Assembly (NCBI GenBank): GCA_024407725.1
Contig: JAKSVZ010000001.1
Coordinates: forward strand, 22,746-86,745
Source of the DNA: Opitutales bacterium
GTDB taxonomy: Bacteria > Verrucomicrobiota > Verrucomicrobiia > Opitutales > UBA9783
Length of the DNA: 64,000 nt
Direction of reading: 5' to 3'
The notes beneath the pieces were generated by a model, which worked only from the letters and a program-made list of their open reading frames with translations, ran no database searches and had not been told where the DNA came from. A program made the position numbers and the translations under genes. This document shows, one piece after another, positions 21,306 to 30,857 of this stretch (its first letter is position 1; every line of letters begins with the position of its first letter).

Positions 21306-23398
21306 ACTGGGTTGCCTCATTAGATCGTTTGATTGCTAAGTACTCTCGTTTTAACGATATCGTACTGGCAATGATATTGGTCATGATCATTTCGTTGATG
21401 ATTGTACCGGTACCACCCGCCCTAGTGGATGCGCTTATCGCACTCAACTTAACGATTTCGGTTGTTTTGTTCATGATGTCCTTGTACATACCCAACGTAC
21501 TGGCATTCTCTACCTTCCCCAGCTTGTTGCTATTTACAACGCTATTCCGACTAGCCCTAAACATTACAACAACGCGTATGATTTTGCTCCATGCAACCGC
21601 AGGTGAAATCATCTTCACATTCGGTAAATTCGTTGTTGGCGGTAACTTCGTTGTTGGTGCGGTAGTATTCTTAATCTTACTGTTAGTACAATTCATCGTT
21701 ATTACCAAAGGAGCGGAACGTGTAGCAGAAGTTGCAGCCCGTTTTACCTTGGATGCTATGCCTGGTAAGCAAATGAGTATCGATGCGGATATGCGCGCAG
21801 GAACCATTGATATGGCAGAAGCAAAGCGCCGCCGTTCAGATTTGGAACGTGAAAGCCAACTGTATGGTGCTATGGATGGTGCCATGAAATTCGTTAAAGG
21901 GGATACAATCGCAGGCCTTATCATCACCGCCATCAACATTGTTGCAGGAATTATTATTGGGGTAACCCAAAAGAACATGGAGCTTGGCAAGGCAGTTACA
22001 ACCTACTCCATTTTAACCATCGGTGATGGCTTGGTCTCGCAAATTCCCGCGCTACTCATTTCTATTACTTCCGGTATTATCGTTACCAAAGTAGGTTCTA
22101 ACGAGGAAACAGTCCTTGGGCGCGACATTGGCTCTCAAGTGCTCAATCAACCTAAAGCGTTGTTAATTGGCGGATGCATGTTAATAGCGCTTATGTTGAT
22201 GCCCGGATTCCCCAAAATCCCATTCTTGCTACTGGCAGCCATTTTACTTCCAATCGGCTATTGCTTAAACAATGTACACAATGACCCAAGCAAAAAGCTC
22301 AAGGGGGCTCCTAAAGCCGCTCCGAAGTTTAAAGCGCCAACGGTTACGCATGAATCCGAGGAAGAAGAAAGCAACGAATTCTCAGTTACGGTTCCCCTCA
22401 TGCTGGATGTAGAACGTTCGTTGGAAGAAATCATTGAAGCGGATGTGTTAAATGAGCGTTTAATTCAAGTTAGGCGCGCATTATACCACGATTTAGGGGT
22501 TCCGTTCCCCGGTATCCATTTACGGTTCAACAACGCCCTGCAGCAAAATTCTTACCGTATTTTGATCTACGAAGTCCCCATTGCCCAAGGAGAACTATTA
22601 CCGAATCAAGTAATCGCCCGCGAAACCAAAGATAATTTGGATATGTTAGGCGTCCATTTTACCGAAAGAGACACCTATCTACCGCACATACCGTCGTTAT
22701 GGGTACCCCAAGAAGAGGTTAAGTTATTAGATGGAGCAAACGTAGCTTACATGCGCGCCCCTCAAATTTTAACCCACCACCTATCTTATGTCCTAAAACG
22801 GTACGCTGGAGATTTCCTAGGCATCCAAGAATGCAAATTTTTGATGGAAAACATGGAGCAAAACTTCCCAGAAATCATCAAAGAAGTGCAACGTGTGCTG
22901 CCGATCCAAAAAATTACCGAAATTTTCCAACGACTCGTGCAGGAAGAAATTTCCATTCGCAATTTAAAAACCATTTTTCAATGCCTCATTGATTGGGGAC
23001 AGAAGGAAAAAGAACCGGTTTTGCTCGCCGATTATGTACGCTCTACCTTAAGGCGTTACATCAGCTATAAATTCAGCGAGGGACGCAATGTTTTATCGGT
23101 ATATTTGCTAGATCCGAAGATTGAAGAAATGGTACGTAAGGCCATTCGTCAAACCTCTGCTGGAAGTTATTTGGCGCTCGATCCACCAACTGCCAAGAAG
23201 ATTGTACGAGCGATCAAAGAAGCTGCAGGAGATTTGTGGCAACAGGCTCATCGTCCGGTTCTTCTAACCTCAATGGATATCCGCCGGTATGTACGCAAAT
23301 TGATTGAAGTGGAAATCTATGATTTGCCGGTATTATCTCACCAAGAACTTACCGACGAAATCACCATCCGTCCTTTGAGCCGTATCCAAATATCCTAA
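21302..23398 (+). CDS. sctV: Type III secretion export-gate protein SctV (YscV/LcrD family, non-flagellar)
   Basis: ~699 aa from GTG at 21302, overlapping the sctY stop (GTGA). Long near-identical blocks match YscV: FSTFPSLLLFTTLFRLALNITTTRMILL, ERVAEVAARFTLDAMPGKQMSIDADMRAG, MDGAMKFVKGDTIAGLIIT, LGVPFPGIHLRFN, IRQTSAGSYLAL, SMDIRRYVRKLIE, LPVLSHQELT. The track start at 21233 lies inside sctY. Confidence 0.93.
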   Translation: MNWVASLDRLIAKYSRFNDIVLAMILVMIISLMIVPVPPALVDALIALNLTISVVLFMMSLYIPNVLAFSTFPSLLLFTTLFRLALNITTTRMILLHATAGEIIFTFGKFVVGGNFVVGAVVFLILLLVQFIVITKGAERVAEVAARFTLDAMPGKQMSIDADMRAGTIDMAEAKRRRSDLERESQLYGAMDGAMKFVKGDTIAGLIITAINIVAGIIIGVTQKNMELGKAVTTYSILTIGDGLVSQIPALLISITSGIIVTKVGSNEETVLGRDIGSQVLNQPKALLIGGCMLIALMLMPGFPKIPFLLLAAILLPIGYCLNNVHNDPSKKLKGAPKAAPKFKAPTVTHESEEEESNEFSVTVPLMLDVERSLEEIIEADVLNERLIQVRRALYHDLGVPFPGIHLRFNNALQQNSYRILIYEVPIAQGELLPNQVIARETKDNLDMLGVHFTERDTYLPHIPSLWVPQEEVKLLDGANVAYMRAPQILTHHLSYVLKRYAGDFLGIQECKFLMENMEQNFPEIIKEVQRVLPIQKITEIFQRLVQEEISIRNLKTIFQCLIDWGQKEKEPVLLADYVRSTLRRYISYKFSEGRNVLSVYLLDPKIEEMVRKAIRQTSAGSYLALDPPTAKKIVRAIKEAAGDLWQQAHRPVLLTSMDIRRYVRKLIEVEIYDLPVLSHQELTDEITIRPLSRIQIS

Positions 23399-23423
23399 TC
23401 TTTTAATATTGCATGGACCGATT

Positions 23424-23448
23424 CATACCCCTTATATAAAGGGGTATG
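23424..23448 (+). terminator. Stem-loop after sctV (weak terminator and/or occlusion of the glyQS start)
   Basis: 10-bp perfect stem CATACCCCTT (23424-23433) / AAGGGGTATG (23439-23448) with loop ATATA, followed only by TTT. The right arm contains the AGGGG Shine-Dalgarno-like sequence and the ATG at 23446. Confidence 0.35.
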
Positions 23449-24942
23449 TTTCAGGTAGAGATGAAGGATTTGGCTGCTTTTTGCAAAAGCAAAGGATTTA
23501 TTTTCTTATCATCCGATATCTATGGCGGATTAAACGGCTTTTTCGATTACGGCCCTTTAGGAACTGAACTCAAGCGCAACATCAAAAACGCTTGGTGGAA
23601 ATCAATCGTGCATGACCGCGAAGATATCATTGGATTAGATAGTTCCATCATCCTGCACCCAAGAGTTTGGGAAGCTTCCGGACACGTAAGCGGCTTTACC
23701 GATCCTATGGTAGATTGTAAGGTCACCAAAGCCCGTTATCGCGCCGATAAAGTCTTTTTTGCCCCCATTAACGTTCAAGGTAAGCTGTTGGGCTATATCT
23801 GCGTAACTGATGACGAGGATCCGCAAGTAAACGCGCAAAAAAAGGTGCAAGCGCTACTCAAAGCCAATCACTGCAAAGATACGCCTGATGCCTTTGAACT
23901 CAAACCATTAACTCAAGCAAAACCCGAAGAATTTGCGCTTATTCCATCGCCCGCAACGGATCACGCGGGTGATTTAACCCCTACGCGCCAATTCAACTTG
24001 ATGTTTAAAACGAATGTTGGTGCAGTTGAATCCGAAGCGAGTACTGCTTTCTTGCGTCCTGAAACCGCTCAAGGCATTTTCATCAATTTCAAAAATGTGC
24101 TCGATGCAACCCGCATTAAGGTGCCTTTTGGAATTGCGCAAATCGGTAAGGCATTTCGCAACGAAATTACCCCGCGCAACTTTATATTTCGGTCGCGTGA
24201 ATTCGAGCAGATGGAAATCGAGTACTTTTTCCCAGCCGATGAAGCGCTGTGGCCTGAATTGCACAAGCAATGGATTGAAACGCGCTACCAATGGCATCAG
24301 TCCATCGGTATTAAGCCCGAATGGCTCAGCTTTGATGTGCATAAAAAGGAAGATTTGGCGCATTATGCGAAGGCCTGCACCGATATTATGTTCAAATACC
24401 CATTTGGCGTTCAGGAACTGGAAGGAATTGCTGTACGTGGGAATTTCGATCTAACGCAGCATCAAACCTTTAGCGGTAAGCCCATCAGTTATTTTGACGA
24501 AGAGCGTAAGACAAAATACCTACCGTATGTCATTGAACCATCGGTGGGAGTAGACCGCACCCTGTTAGCGGTTTTAATTTCCGCTTATGATGAAGATGAG
24601 GTCAATGGAGAGAAACGCATTGTGTTGCACTTCAAACCTCAATTGGCACCTATCAAGATTGCTGTATTCCCATTGGTTAAAAACAATCCAGAATTGGTAG
24701 AGCATGCGCGTAATTTGTTCAAAAAGCTGCATAAACGTTGGTACACGCTCTACGATGAAACCGGATCCATCGGTAAACGTTACCGCCGCATGGACGAAAT
24801 CGGTACGCCGTGGTGCATTACCGTCGACTTTGATTCCATGGAACAGCACACCTATACCTTGCGGGATCGCGATACTACGCAACAAACTCGGTTGTCGGAA
24901 GCAGAATTAATCCAGTTCTTTGAACAACATCTGGAAGCGTAA
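23446..24942 (+). CDS. glyQS: Glycine--tRNA ligase (homodimeric GlyQS type)
   Basis: 498 aa. GFIFLSSDIYGGL.GFFDYGPLG..LK.NIK..WW, RPETAQGIF.NF and FRNEI.PRNFIFR.REFEQMEIEYF are class II GlyRS motifs. An alternative start is M6 at 23461. Confidence 0.93.
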   Translation: MFQVEMKDLAAFCKSKGFIFLSSDIYGGLNGFFDYGPLGTELKRNIKNAWWKSIVHDREDIIGLDSSIILHPRVWEASGHVSGFTDPMVDCKVTKARYRADKVFFAPINVQGKLLGYICVTDDEDPQVNAQKKVQALLKANHCKDTPDAFELKPLTQAKPEEFALIPSPATDHAGDLTPTRQFNLMFKTNVGAVESEASTAFLRPETAQGIFINFKNVLDATRIKVPFGIAQIGKAFRNEITPRNFIFRSREFEQMEIEYFFPADEALWPELHKQWIETRYQWHQSIGIKPEWLSFDVHKKEDLAHYAKACTDIMFKYPFGVQELEGIAVRGNFDLTQHQTFSGKPISYFDEERKTKYLPYVIEPSVGVDRTLLAVLISAYDEDEVNGEKRIVLHFKPQLAPIKIAVFPLVKNNPELVEHARNLFKKLHKRWYTLYDETGSIGKRYRRMDEIGTPWCITVDFDSMEQHTYTLRDRDTTQQTRLSEAELIQFFEQHLEA

Positions 24943-24970
24943 AATCAAGGCACTTTAATCTTTATTACTT

Positions 24971-26290
24971 ATGACAAGTTCTGTTCGAGTTCGTTTTGCC
25001 CCAAGCCCTACGGGCTATTTTCATATCGGTGGCGCAAGAACCGCCCTGTTTAATTGGCTCTACGCTAAGCATACCCAAGGCACTTTTGTATTGCGCATCG
25101 AAGATACCGACACCGAACGCAACACCAAGGAATCATTGAATTCCCTGCTATCCAACTTACGTTGGCTAGGACTTGATTGGGATGAAGGACCCGATGTAGG
25201 TGGTCCCTATGGCCCTTATTTCCAAAGCGAACGCAACGAGGTTTATCAGCGCTACTTGGAGCAATTGAGACAAGCTGGACGCGTGTACGAAAAAGAAGGC
25301 GCTATTTGGCTAAAAGTCTCTGGAGAAGCTCAAACCCTTGACGACATTATTCACGGTTCTGTTACCCGTACGGAAGAAAAAGACTTTGTTATTTATCGGT
25401 CGAATGGCACGCCCGTATTCCATTTCGTCAATGTCGTTGATGATATCGATATGCACATTACGCACGTCATACGCGGCGAAGACCATTTGTCCAACACCAA
25501 CAAGCATTTAGAGTTGTACCGCGCGTTTGGCGTTACACCTCCTAAATTCGCCCACATTCCGCTGATTTTAAAAACAGTAGGTCAGGGTAAAATGAGCAAA
25601 CGCGACACAGGATCTTTGGTAGAAGAGTATCGCCAAAAGTACTTTTTGCCCGAAGGATTAATCAATTACCTATCGCTGCTTGGTTGGTCACCGAAAAACG
25701 ACCGCGAAATCATGTCTATAGCTGAAATTATCGCGGCCTTTGATTTGAAAGACGTTAACAATACCAACGCCCGTTTTGATGAGAAAAAGCTCATGTTCGT
25801 CAACTCTGAGCATGTTAAAAGCCTATCGCCTGAAGCTTTCTATCAGCAAGGCATAACCGTTTTGAAAGAAACAGGCCATGAGAACGCAACCAAGGATATC
25901 GATCAGCTCAAGGCTATTTTCGCTATCGTTCAAGAAAAACTGCGTTCCTTTGAAGAACTGCCGCACTTTATCGAGTATTTTTTCGATGAATCCTATCCCT
26001 TCGAACCGGAAGCACTCAAGAAAATCGAAAAATGTCAGCCAAAACAGCGGCTTTTGGAGCTAAAAGAGCAACTGTCGACATTAACGAATTTTTCGGAAGC
26101 ATCCATCGAAGCTTGTATCCACACGCTTAGCGAAACAAATCAACTCCCCACGGGGCATTACATCCACCCCTTGCGTTTTGCCGTTTCCGGTCGTAACGTT
26201 GGCCCTAGCTTATACCACATGCTGCCGATTTTAGGACAATCCACCGTTCTGGCTCGCATCCAACGGTGCTTAGACACCCAATTATCCTAA
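24971..26290 (+). CDS. gltX: Glutamate--tRNA ligase
   Basis: 439 aa with VRFAPSPTGYFHIGGART (HIGH motif), a KMSKRD (KMSKS) motif and class I GluRS architecture. Confidence 0.95.
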   Translation: MTSSVRVRFAPSPTGYFHIGGARTALFNWLYAKHTQGTFVLRIEDTDTERNTKESLNSLLSNLRWLGLDWDEGPDVGGPYGPYFQSERNEVYQRYLEQLRQAGRVYEKEGAIWLKVSGEAQTLDDIIHGSVTRTEEKDFVIYRSNGTPVFHFVNVVDDIDMHITHVIRGEDHLSNTNKHLELYRAFGVTPPKFAHIPLILKTVGQGKMSKRDTGSLVEEYRQKYFLPEGLINYLSLLGWSPKNDREIMSIAEIIAAFDLKDVNNTNARFDEKKLMFVNSEHVKSLSPEAFYQQGITVLKETGHENATKDIDQLKAIFAIVQEKLRSFEELPHFIEYFFDESYPFEPEALKKIEKCQPKQRLLELKEQLSTLTNFSEASIEACIHTLSETNQLPTGHYIHPLRFAVSGRNVGPSLYHMLPILGQSTVLARIQRCLDTQLS

Positions 26291-26880
26291 TGCGCATCAC
26301 AGGTGGAGCAGCGCGTAGCATTGTATTGTCCGTACCGGCTTATGATCTACGCCCAGCAACGGATGCAACCCGTGAGCGCTTGTTCAACTCCATCGGCCCT
26401 GCAATTCAAAATGCAACGGTTATCGATTGCTTTGCCGGCACAGGAGCTTACGGCCTAGAAGCTATCAGCCGCGGAGCACAATCCTGCTTATTCATCGACA
26501 ACCATCCGCAGGCCATCAAAACGCTTGAAATCAACATCCAAAAGGTATGTAAAAGCGCCCAACGAACAGAATCGGTTTGTAGCACGCGCTCCGACAATCT
26601 ATTAAGCATTAACGTTGAATCCTTACCCATCAGCGACTTTATTTTCTTTGACCCACCGTATCCCTTATGGGATACCCATGCACAAGCTCTGTGGCAGCTA
26701 CTGAACAACTTAGGTCATCGCATGCCATCCGCTACCTTAGCATTGGAATTCCCCTCGCAATTAACACTAGATCCCTCGTGCGCTTGGATCCTAACCCGTA
26801 CACTAACCCACCCCAAGGGTCATAACCAACCGTGTATCGCACTATTGCAGTATCAGCCTACCCTTCCGAAACAAGCTTGA
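26290..26880 (+). CDS. rsmD: 16S rRNA (guanine966-N2)-methyltransferase RsmD-like
   Basis: MRITGG.ARS..L..P......RP..D..RE.LFN N-terminus, SAM-binding DCFAGTGAYGLEA and catalytic FFDPPY. The ATG at 26290 overlaps the gltX stop (TAATG). Confidence 0.8.
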   Translation: MRITGGAARSIVLSVPAYDLRPATDATRERLFNSIGPAIQNATVIDCFAGTGAYGLEAISRGAQSCLFIDNHPQAIKTLEINIQKVCKSAQRTESVCSTRSDNLLSINVESLPISDFIFFDPPYPLWDTHAQALWQLLNNLGHRMPSATLALEFPSQLTLDPSCAWILTRTLTHPKGHNQPCIALLQYQPTLPKQA

Positions 26881-26911
26881 CAAGCGCTGCCAATGGCATT
26901 GCTTTTAACTT

Positions 26912-28093
26912 GTGATAGCGGTAAAGAAATTACTTAAAGAGCCCCTAACCCGTATCTTTATTACATTAGGGTTTTGCTTTTTAACCTACGCTGTGCTTCC
27001 TATTCCCTTTATTCAAGGGGCACTCACCCTCAGCATTTTCTTAAAAAACCTGCTGTTGTTTTTCCTCCCCCTACTTATTTTAAGCGGAACTGCCTTAGCA
27101 TTTGCGTCGTTTAAAGGTAATGGTCTTGGGTTCGTCATTACGCTGATGGCGATTGTAATCCTATCCAATTTTTGCAATCTGATGATGTCAGGAGTGATCG
27201 GCTGCTATGTCATCCCTTATTTTGCGCCCAACACAGCGCAACCCATTTTAGCAACAGCTCCATCGATTGAGCCCTACTATTTACCCGCACTTCCGCCCTT
27301 ATTGCCCAATGCATGGGCGTTAATCATTGGCGTGACCAGTGGATTGGTTCATAACATCATCCACTTACCGCCTTGGATGAAATGCCTGCAGTTGATTCAT
27401 CGCATCACCTTGACCTTTATATTGAAGGTTTTTATCCCCGCATTGCCTCTGTTTTTGATGGGATTTATCCTTAAACTACTGGTCGAAGGACAAATGTCGC
27501 AGTTAATATGCAACAATGGACGTTCCTGTACCCTCATGGTTGGGTTTTTGTTCCTCTATTTATGTTTATGGTGGCTAGCAGCCAGCCGTTGTGGGGAAAT
27601 GCCTGCTGTAACTCTGCTCAAAAACACACTGCCAGCAATTATTACAGGAGCAACCACCATGTCCAGCGCTGCAGCCCTCCCCTTTTCCATTGAGGCCGCC
27701 ACCCGTAATACAAAAAATCCTGTTTTGGCAAACGCAGTTATGCCGATAACCATCAACTTTCATATGTTGGGCGATACCATCTGCATTCCCATTTTGACGG
27801 TTATCATCCTGCACAGTTTTGGTATGCCCATGCCATCGATGAGCACGTACTTTATCTTTGGTCTCTGTTTTGTGATGAATAAATTCGCTGGAGCGGGTAT
27901 CCCCGGCGGCAGCATTATGGTATCTTTACCGATTTTACAGCATTATTTGGGCTTTTCCGAAGAAATGCTCGCGCTGATCACTGCGTTTTACATGCTCATT
28001 GATCCTATTACAACCTTGAGCAATGTCACCGCTAACAATTTCCTCATTATCTTTATTCAAAGAATATGGGAGAAAATTGCTCGCAAAGCTTAA
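26912..28093 (+). CDS. Dicarboxylate/amino acid:cation symporter (DAACS family)
   Basis: 393 aa, polytopic. TGATTMSSAAALPF and the FHMLGDT and AGIPGGS hairpin motifs match GltP/DctA-type transporters. The start is GTG. Confidence 0.7.
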   Translation: MIAVKKLLKEPLTRIFITLGFCFLTYAVLPIPFIQGALTLSIFLKNLLLFFLPLLILSGTALAFASFKGNGLGFVITLMAIVILSNFCNLMMSGVIGCYVIPYFAPNTAQPILATAPSIEPYYLPALPPLLPNAWALIIGVTSGLVHNIIHLPPWMKCLQLIHRITLTFILKVFIPALPLFLMGFILKLLVEGQMSQLICNNGRSCTLMVGFLFLYLCLWWLAASRCGEMPAVTLLKNTLPAIITGATTMSSAAALPFSIEAATRNTKNPVLANAVMPITINFHMLGDTICIPILTVIILHSFGMPMPSMSTYFIFGLCFVMNKFAGAGIPGGSIMVSLPILQHYLGFSEEMLALITAFYMLIDPITTLSNVTANNFLIIFIQRIWEKIARKA

Positions 28094-28099
28094 TGTGCA

Positions 28100-28273
28100 T
28101 TAATTGGAGGAAGCATCGTATGCTTCACGCCGATAGATTTTAAAATCTTTTGGCGCAATAATTCCCAATTTTACCTGTTTACCAAAAACTTTATTCACTT
28201 GAACCTCAACGGTTTGAGTATCAGGTAATACAATAATAATAGACTCACCAGAGTTACGCGAAAGAACTAACAT
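28100..28273 (-). CDS. csrA: Carbon storage regulator CsrA
   Basis: 57 aa from the ATG at 28273: [14 protein letters not shown]....[26 protein letters not shown], a canonical CsrA/RsmA fold signature. The track start at 28282 is a TTG overlapping the upstream gene. Confidence 0.9.
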   Translation of the reverse strand: MLVLSRNSGESIIIVLPDTQTVEVQVNKVFGKQVKLGIIAPKDFKIYRREAYDASSN

Positions 28274-28278
28274 AAGTA

Positions 28279-28731
28279 TCAATAATAAGAGTTTAAGGAA
28301 GAGATATCTTGTAAGACGCTTTGTGGGAAAACCTGCTGAATAACCGATTGATTGGTCATCTGAGCTTCTTCCAACAAACGTCGTTGAAATTGCATTTTGT
28401 GTTTAATACGAATCCGTAAGGAAATCACCTCATCCACCAACGCTTTAAACAAAAAATGCAGCTCTGAAGGCACCACACTGGGTAATTCATTGAGGGATAA
28501 ATCTTTACGTTTCAAATTTTCTGCCAATTGATAAACCATGGCCGAACGATCCGCGGTTGCTAATTGATTTGCTGCCAATTGTGCCTCAACATCCGCCGTT
28601 GCACGCTTTAAAGAATTCAATAAGCAATTTTGTTGTTGATAAAGCATCCGCAAAAGGGATCCATATTCTTCGATTTCTTTACGAAGCGCCATGGCCAATT
28701 TGTTATAATCAAACTTAAATGAAGCTGTCAT
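28279..28731 (-). CDS. FlgN-like helical export chaperone (tentative)
   Basis: 150 aa, all-helical heptad-rich sequence ([23 protein letters not shown]..., ...[20 protein letters not shown]) resembling the FlgN family in length and pattern. Its stop is 5 nt before the csrA ATG. Confidence 0.35.
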   Translation of the reverse strand: MTASFKFDYNKLAMALRKEIEEYGSLLRMLYQQQNCLLNSLKRATADVEAQLAANQLATADRSAMVYQLAENLKRKDLSLNELPSVVPSELHFLFKALVDEVISLRIRIKHKMQFQRRLLEEAQMTNQSVIQQVFPQSVLQDISSLNSYY

Positions 28732-28860
28732 TTAGCCATCCTTTCTATTTTTGAATGCGAAATCTAAAAATTTTATTTGCAAAGTCATAATAAATAACTT
28801 ATAATTAAAAAGTTGTTTTTTAATTTAAGTAGTAGCACAATGCGTGCCGATTACATAAAA

Positions 28861-29553
28861 ATGACTACTAATAGCTATAAATTTAAACTACTTTGGATGC
28901 TGTTATTGAGCTTCCTAGCCGGATGTACGTCCAATTCGACCTCCTATCGGCAAGCCACTTTAACCGTCCCCTCCCCTACAACAGACTCTGCTTATAGGAG
29001 CCCCAAACAGACCGCGCGAACCCGCATTATGGGACAAGCTACCTGCACGATTCATCAAATGCAACAGTTGCTGTTAGCGCGCAATCCCAAGGTATCCAAA
29101 AGCTATTTAGCTTATCCCAAAATCTTTCTTGAAGAAGGGGCAAAAGAAGGCGTGCGCGGAGATTTAGCCTTCGCACAAGCATTGCATGAAACCAATTACT
29201 TTAAATTTGGAGGAGATGTATCCCCACGCCAAAACAACTTCTGCGGACTCGGTACAACGGGTAATGGGGTAGCTGGGCATCAATTTGCAACCCCGCGCGA
29301 AGGTATCCGCGCTCAAATTCAGCACTTAAAAGCTTATGCTTCGTACAGGCCTCTCGCTAACAAGTGCATCGATCCACGCTTTCAACAGGTTCAGAGAGGA
29401 TGCGCACCCAATCTTGAGGATTTAGGCGGCCTTTGGGCTTATCCAGGCTATGATACAAAAAAATACCGCTCGTTAGCTCAAGCGAAAGCGAACAAAGACA
29501 GTTATGGCCATAAAATCAAACAGATTTTAATGGCCATTCAATCCACTAAGTAA
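28861..29553 (+). CDS. Lipoprotein with glucosaminidase (FlgJ/LytD-type, mannosyl-glycoprotein endo-beta-N-acetylglucosaminidase) domain
   Basis: Signal peptide and lipobox (LLSFLAGCTS) follow the ATG at 28861. GVRGDLAFAQALHETNYFKFGG.....NNFCGLG is the glucosaminidase-family catalytic region. Confidence 0.7.
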   Translation: MTTNSYKFKLLWMLLLSFLAGCTSNSTSYRQATLTVPSPTTDSAYRSPKQTARTRIMGQATCTIHQMQQLLLARNPKVSKSYLAYPKIFLEEGAKEGVRGDLAFAQALHETNYFKFGGDVSPRQNNFCGLGTTGNGVAGHQFATPREGIRAQIQHLKAYASYRPLANKCIDPRFQQVQRGCAPNLEDLGGLWAYPGYDTKKYRSLAQAKANKDSYGHKIKQILMAIQSTK

Positions 29554-29562
29554 GTTATTGCT

Positions 29563-30759
29563 TTACTTAAATTCCTTCAGGGAAGGTAAGCACCAAAGCG
29601 CATAAGCAACCAACAGGATGAGCGCGCTATTGATAGCAAGCATTACGGTGCCACTAGCGATATAACTACCAAAAATATTGAAAAGACTGGTGTAAGCGAT
29701 AGGTCCGCAGGCGCTACAAATACCTGTAATCGCCGCATAAGCTGCGTATCCCATTGCCTGCTGCTCCCCTAACAGTAAGCGTTTAGACAAGCAATACGCC
29801 AATACATGGACAAACGCCCAACCAAGACCGCTCGTTAAAATAAGCCCTAAAATGCACCAGTCGTGGTTAAGACCGATACCACATAAGCTAAACAATGTTA
29901 TGTTGATTATTACCCCCAATGCGGTCCATTTTAAGGACACACGCGAATAAGCCCATGCGCAAGCAAAGGTCAACACGAACGTTAAAATGGTAATCGGCAA
30001 GAAAACCTTATAGATTTTGGACAAAGGTACGCCATTTTCCCGTGCAAAATCCGACAAGTGGAAAATCATTCCAGTAGCATGAAAATTTTCAAACGCTGCT
30101 ATTAACACACCAAATAAGAATGGCCAAGGCAAACGACGGATATACCGCAATACCGCTACAAAAGACACCTGACTAGCGTTCGTTTGGGGTAAATCGGATG
30201 GAACAAACATCATGTAAAGCAACAGTACAGCAATCTGCCCATAAATCACATAACTCCAGCTACTAAACGCATTGTAGGCAGACAAAATGGATAATAGCAA
30301 AGCGCCTGCAAACTGCACCAAACTATGCCAACCCGACACATAAGCGCATTGTTTATCCGTACAAACCGCTGCACTGTAAGCTCGCGATAATACCGGCAGT
30401 AAGTTTTGTCCGCAGCAACGTAATCCGAAATAACCCAATACCAAGGAAACGAATGCCAACACCGTACTATTGTGCACCTGCATTGCTCCTAAAAACATCA
30501 CAAATCCTGCAATATAAATCCCGTAAGCCACACGAAATCCATGCGTCAACTTAAAGTTTTTACCCAAAGAACTGATAAAGTAAGGAACAATAATCGCTGA
30601 TAAAAACCCTGCTACGGTATAGGATAAGGACAACAAGCTCTCTGACAGAGCAATATGCGTTTTTAAATAAGGTTTAAACGCAGACAAAAAAGGCGACCTA
30701 CCCCAGGCCGCCGGAAATAACAAAACTAAACTTATCCACAAAAAACGTTTCACGTACAC
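29563..30759 (-). CDS. Major facilitator superfamily transporter
   Basis: 398 aa with about 12 predicted TM helices and overall MFS-like organisation. The substrate is unknown. Confidence 0.6.
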   Translation of the reverse strand: MYVKRFLWISLVLLFPAAWGRSPFLSAFKPYLKTHIALSESLLSLSYTVAGFLSAIIVPYFISSLGKNFKLTHGFRVAYGIYIAGFVMFLGAMQVHNSTVLAFVSLVLGYFGLRCCGQNLLPVLSRAYSAAVCTDKQCAYVSGWHSLVQFAGALLLSILSAYNAFSSWSYVIYGQIAVLLLYMMFVPSDLPQTNASQVSFVAVLRYIRRLPWPFLFGVLIAAFENFHATGMIFHLSDFARENGVPLSKIYKVFLPITILTFVLTFACAWAYSRVSLKWTALGVIINITLFSLCGIGLNHDWCILGLILTSGLGWAFVHVLAYCLSKRLLLGEQQAMGYAAYAAITGICSACGPIAYTSLFNIFGSYIASGTVMLAINSALILLVAYALWCLPSLKEFK

Positions 30760-30857
30760 TATCCTTCATTGGATGGAGTTTTTGAATCTCTCACCACTCA
30801 CCAGCCATCCTGCCTAATGAATGCTGAGGTTTAATACCCAACAAAAGAACAAACGTT

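Noticed and set aside
21265-21990. 241-aa minus-strand ORF antisense to the sctV membrane domain
   Set aside because: It lies entirely inside the strongly supported sctV reading frame. Its hydrophobic, low-complexity product is the expected mirror of a TM-rich gene, and it has no independent signals.
21302-23398. Possibility that the FlhA/SctV homolog is the flagellar FlhA (given the FlgN-like, CsrA and FlgJ-like genes elsewhere)
   Set aside because: The cytoplasmic-domain blocks and the YscY-like gene immediately upstream match the non-flagellar Ysc-type family as I recall it. No flagellar structural gene is present in 64 kb. Phylogeny would be needed for certainty.
23974-24454. ORFs of 129-146 aa on both strands inside glyQS
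   Set aside because: They are internal to a gene with clear class II aaRS motifs and have no independent support.
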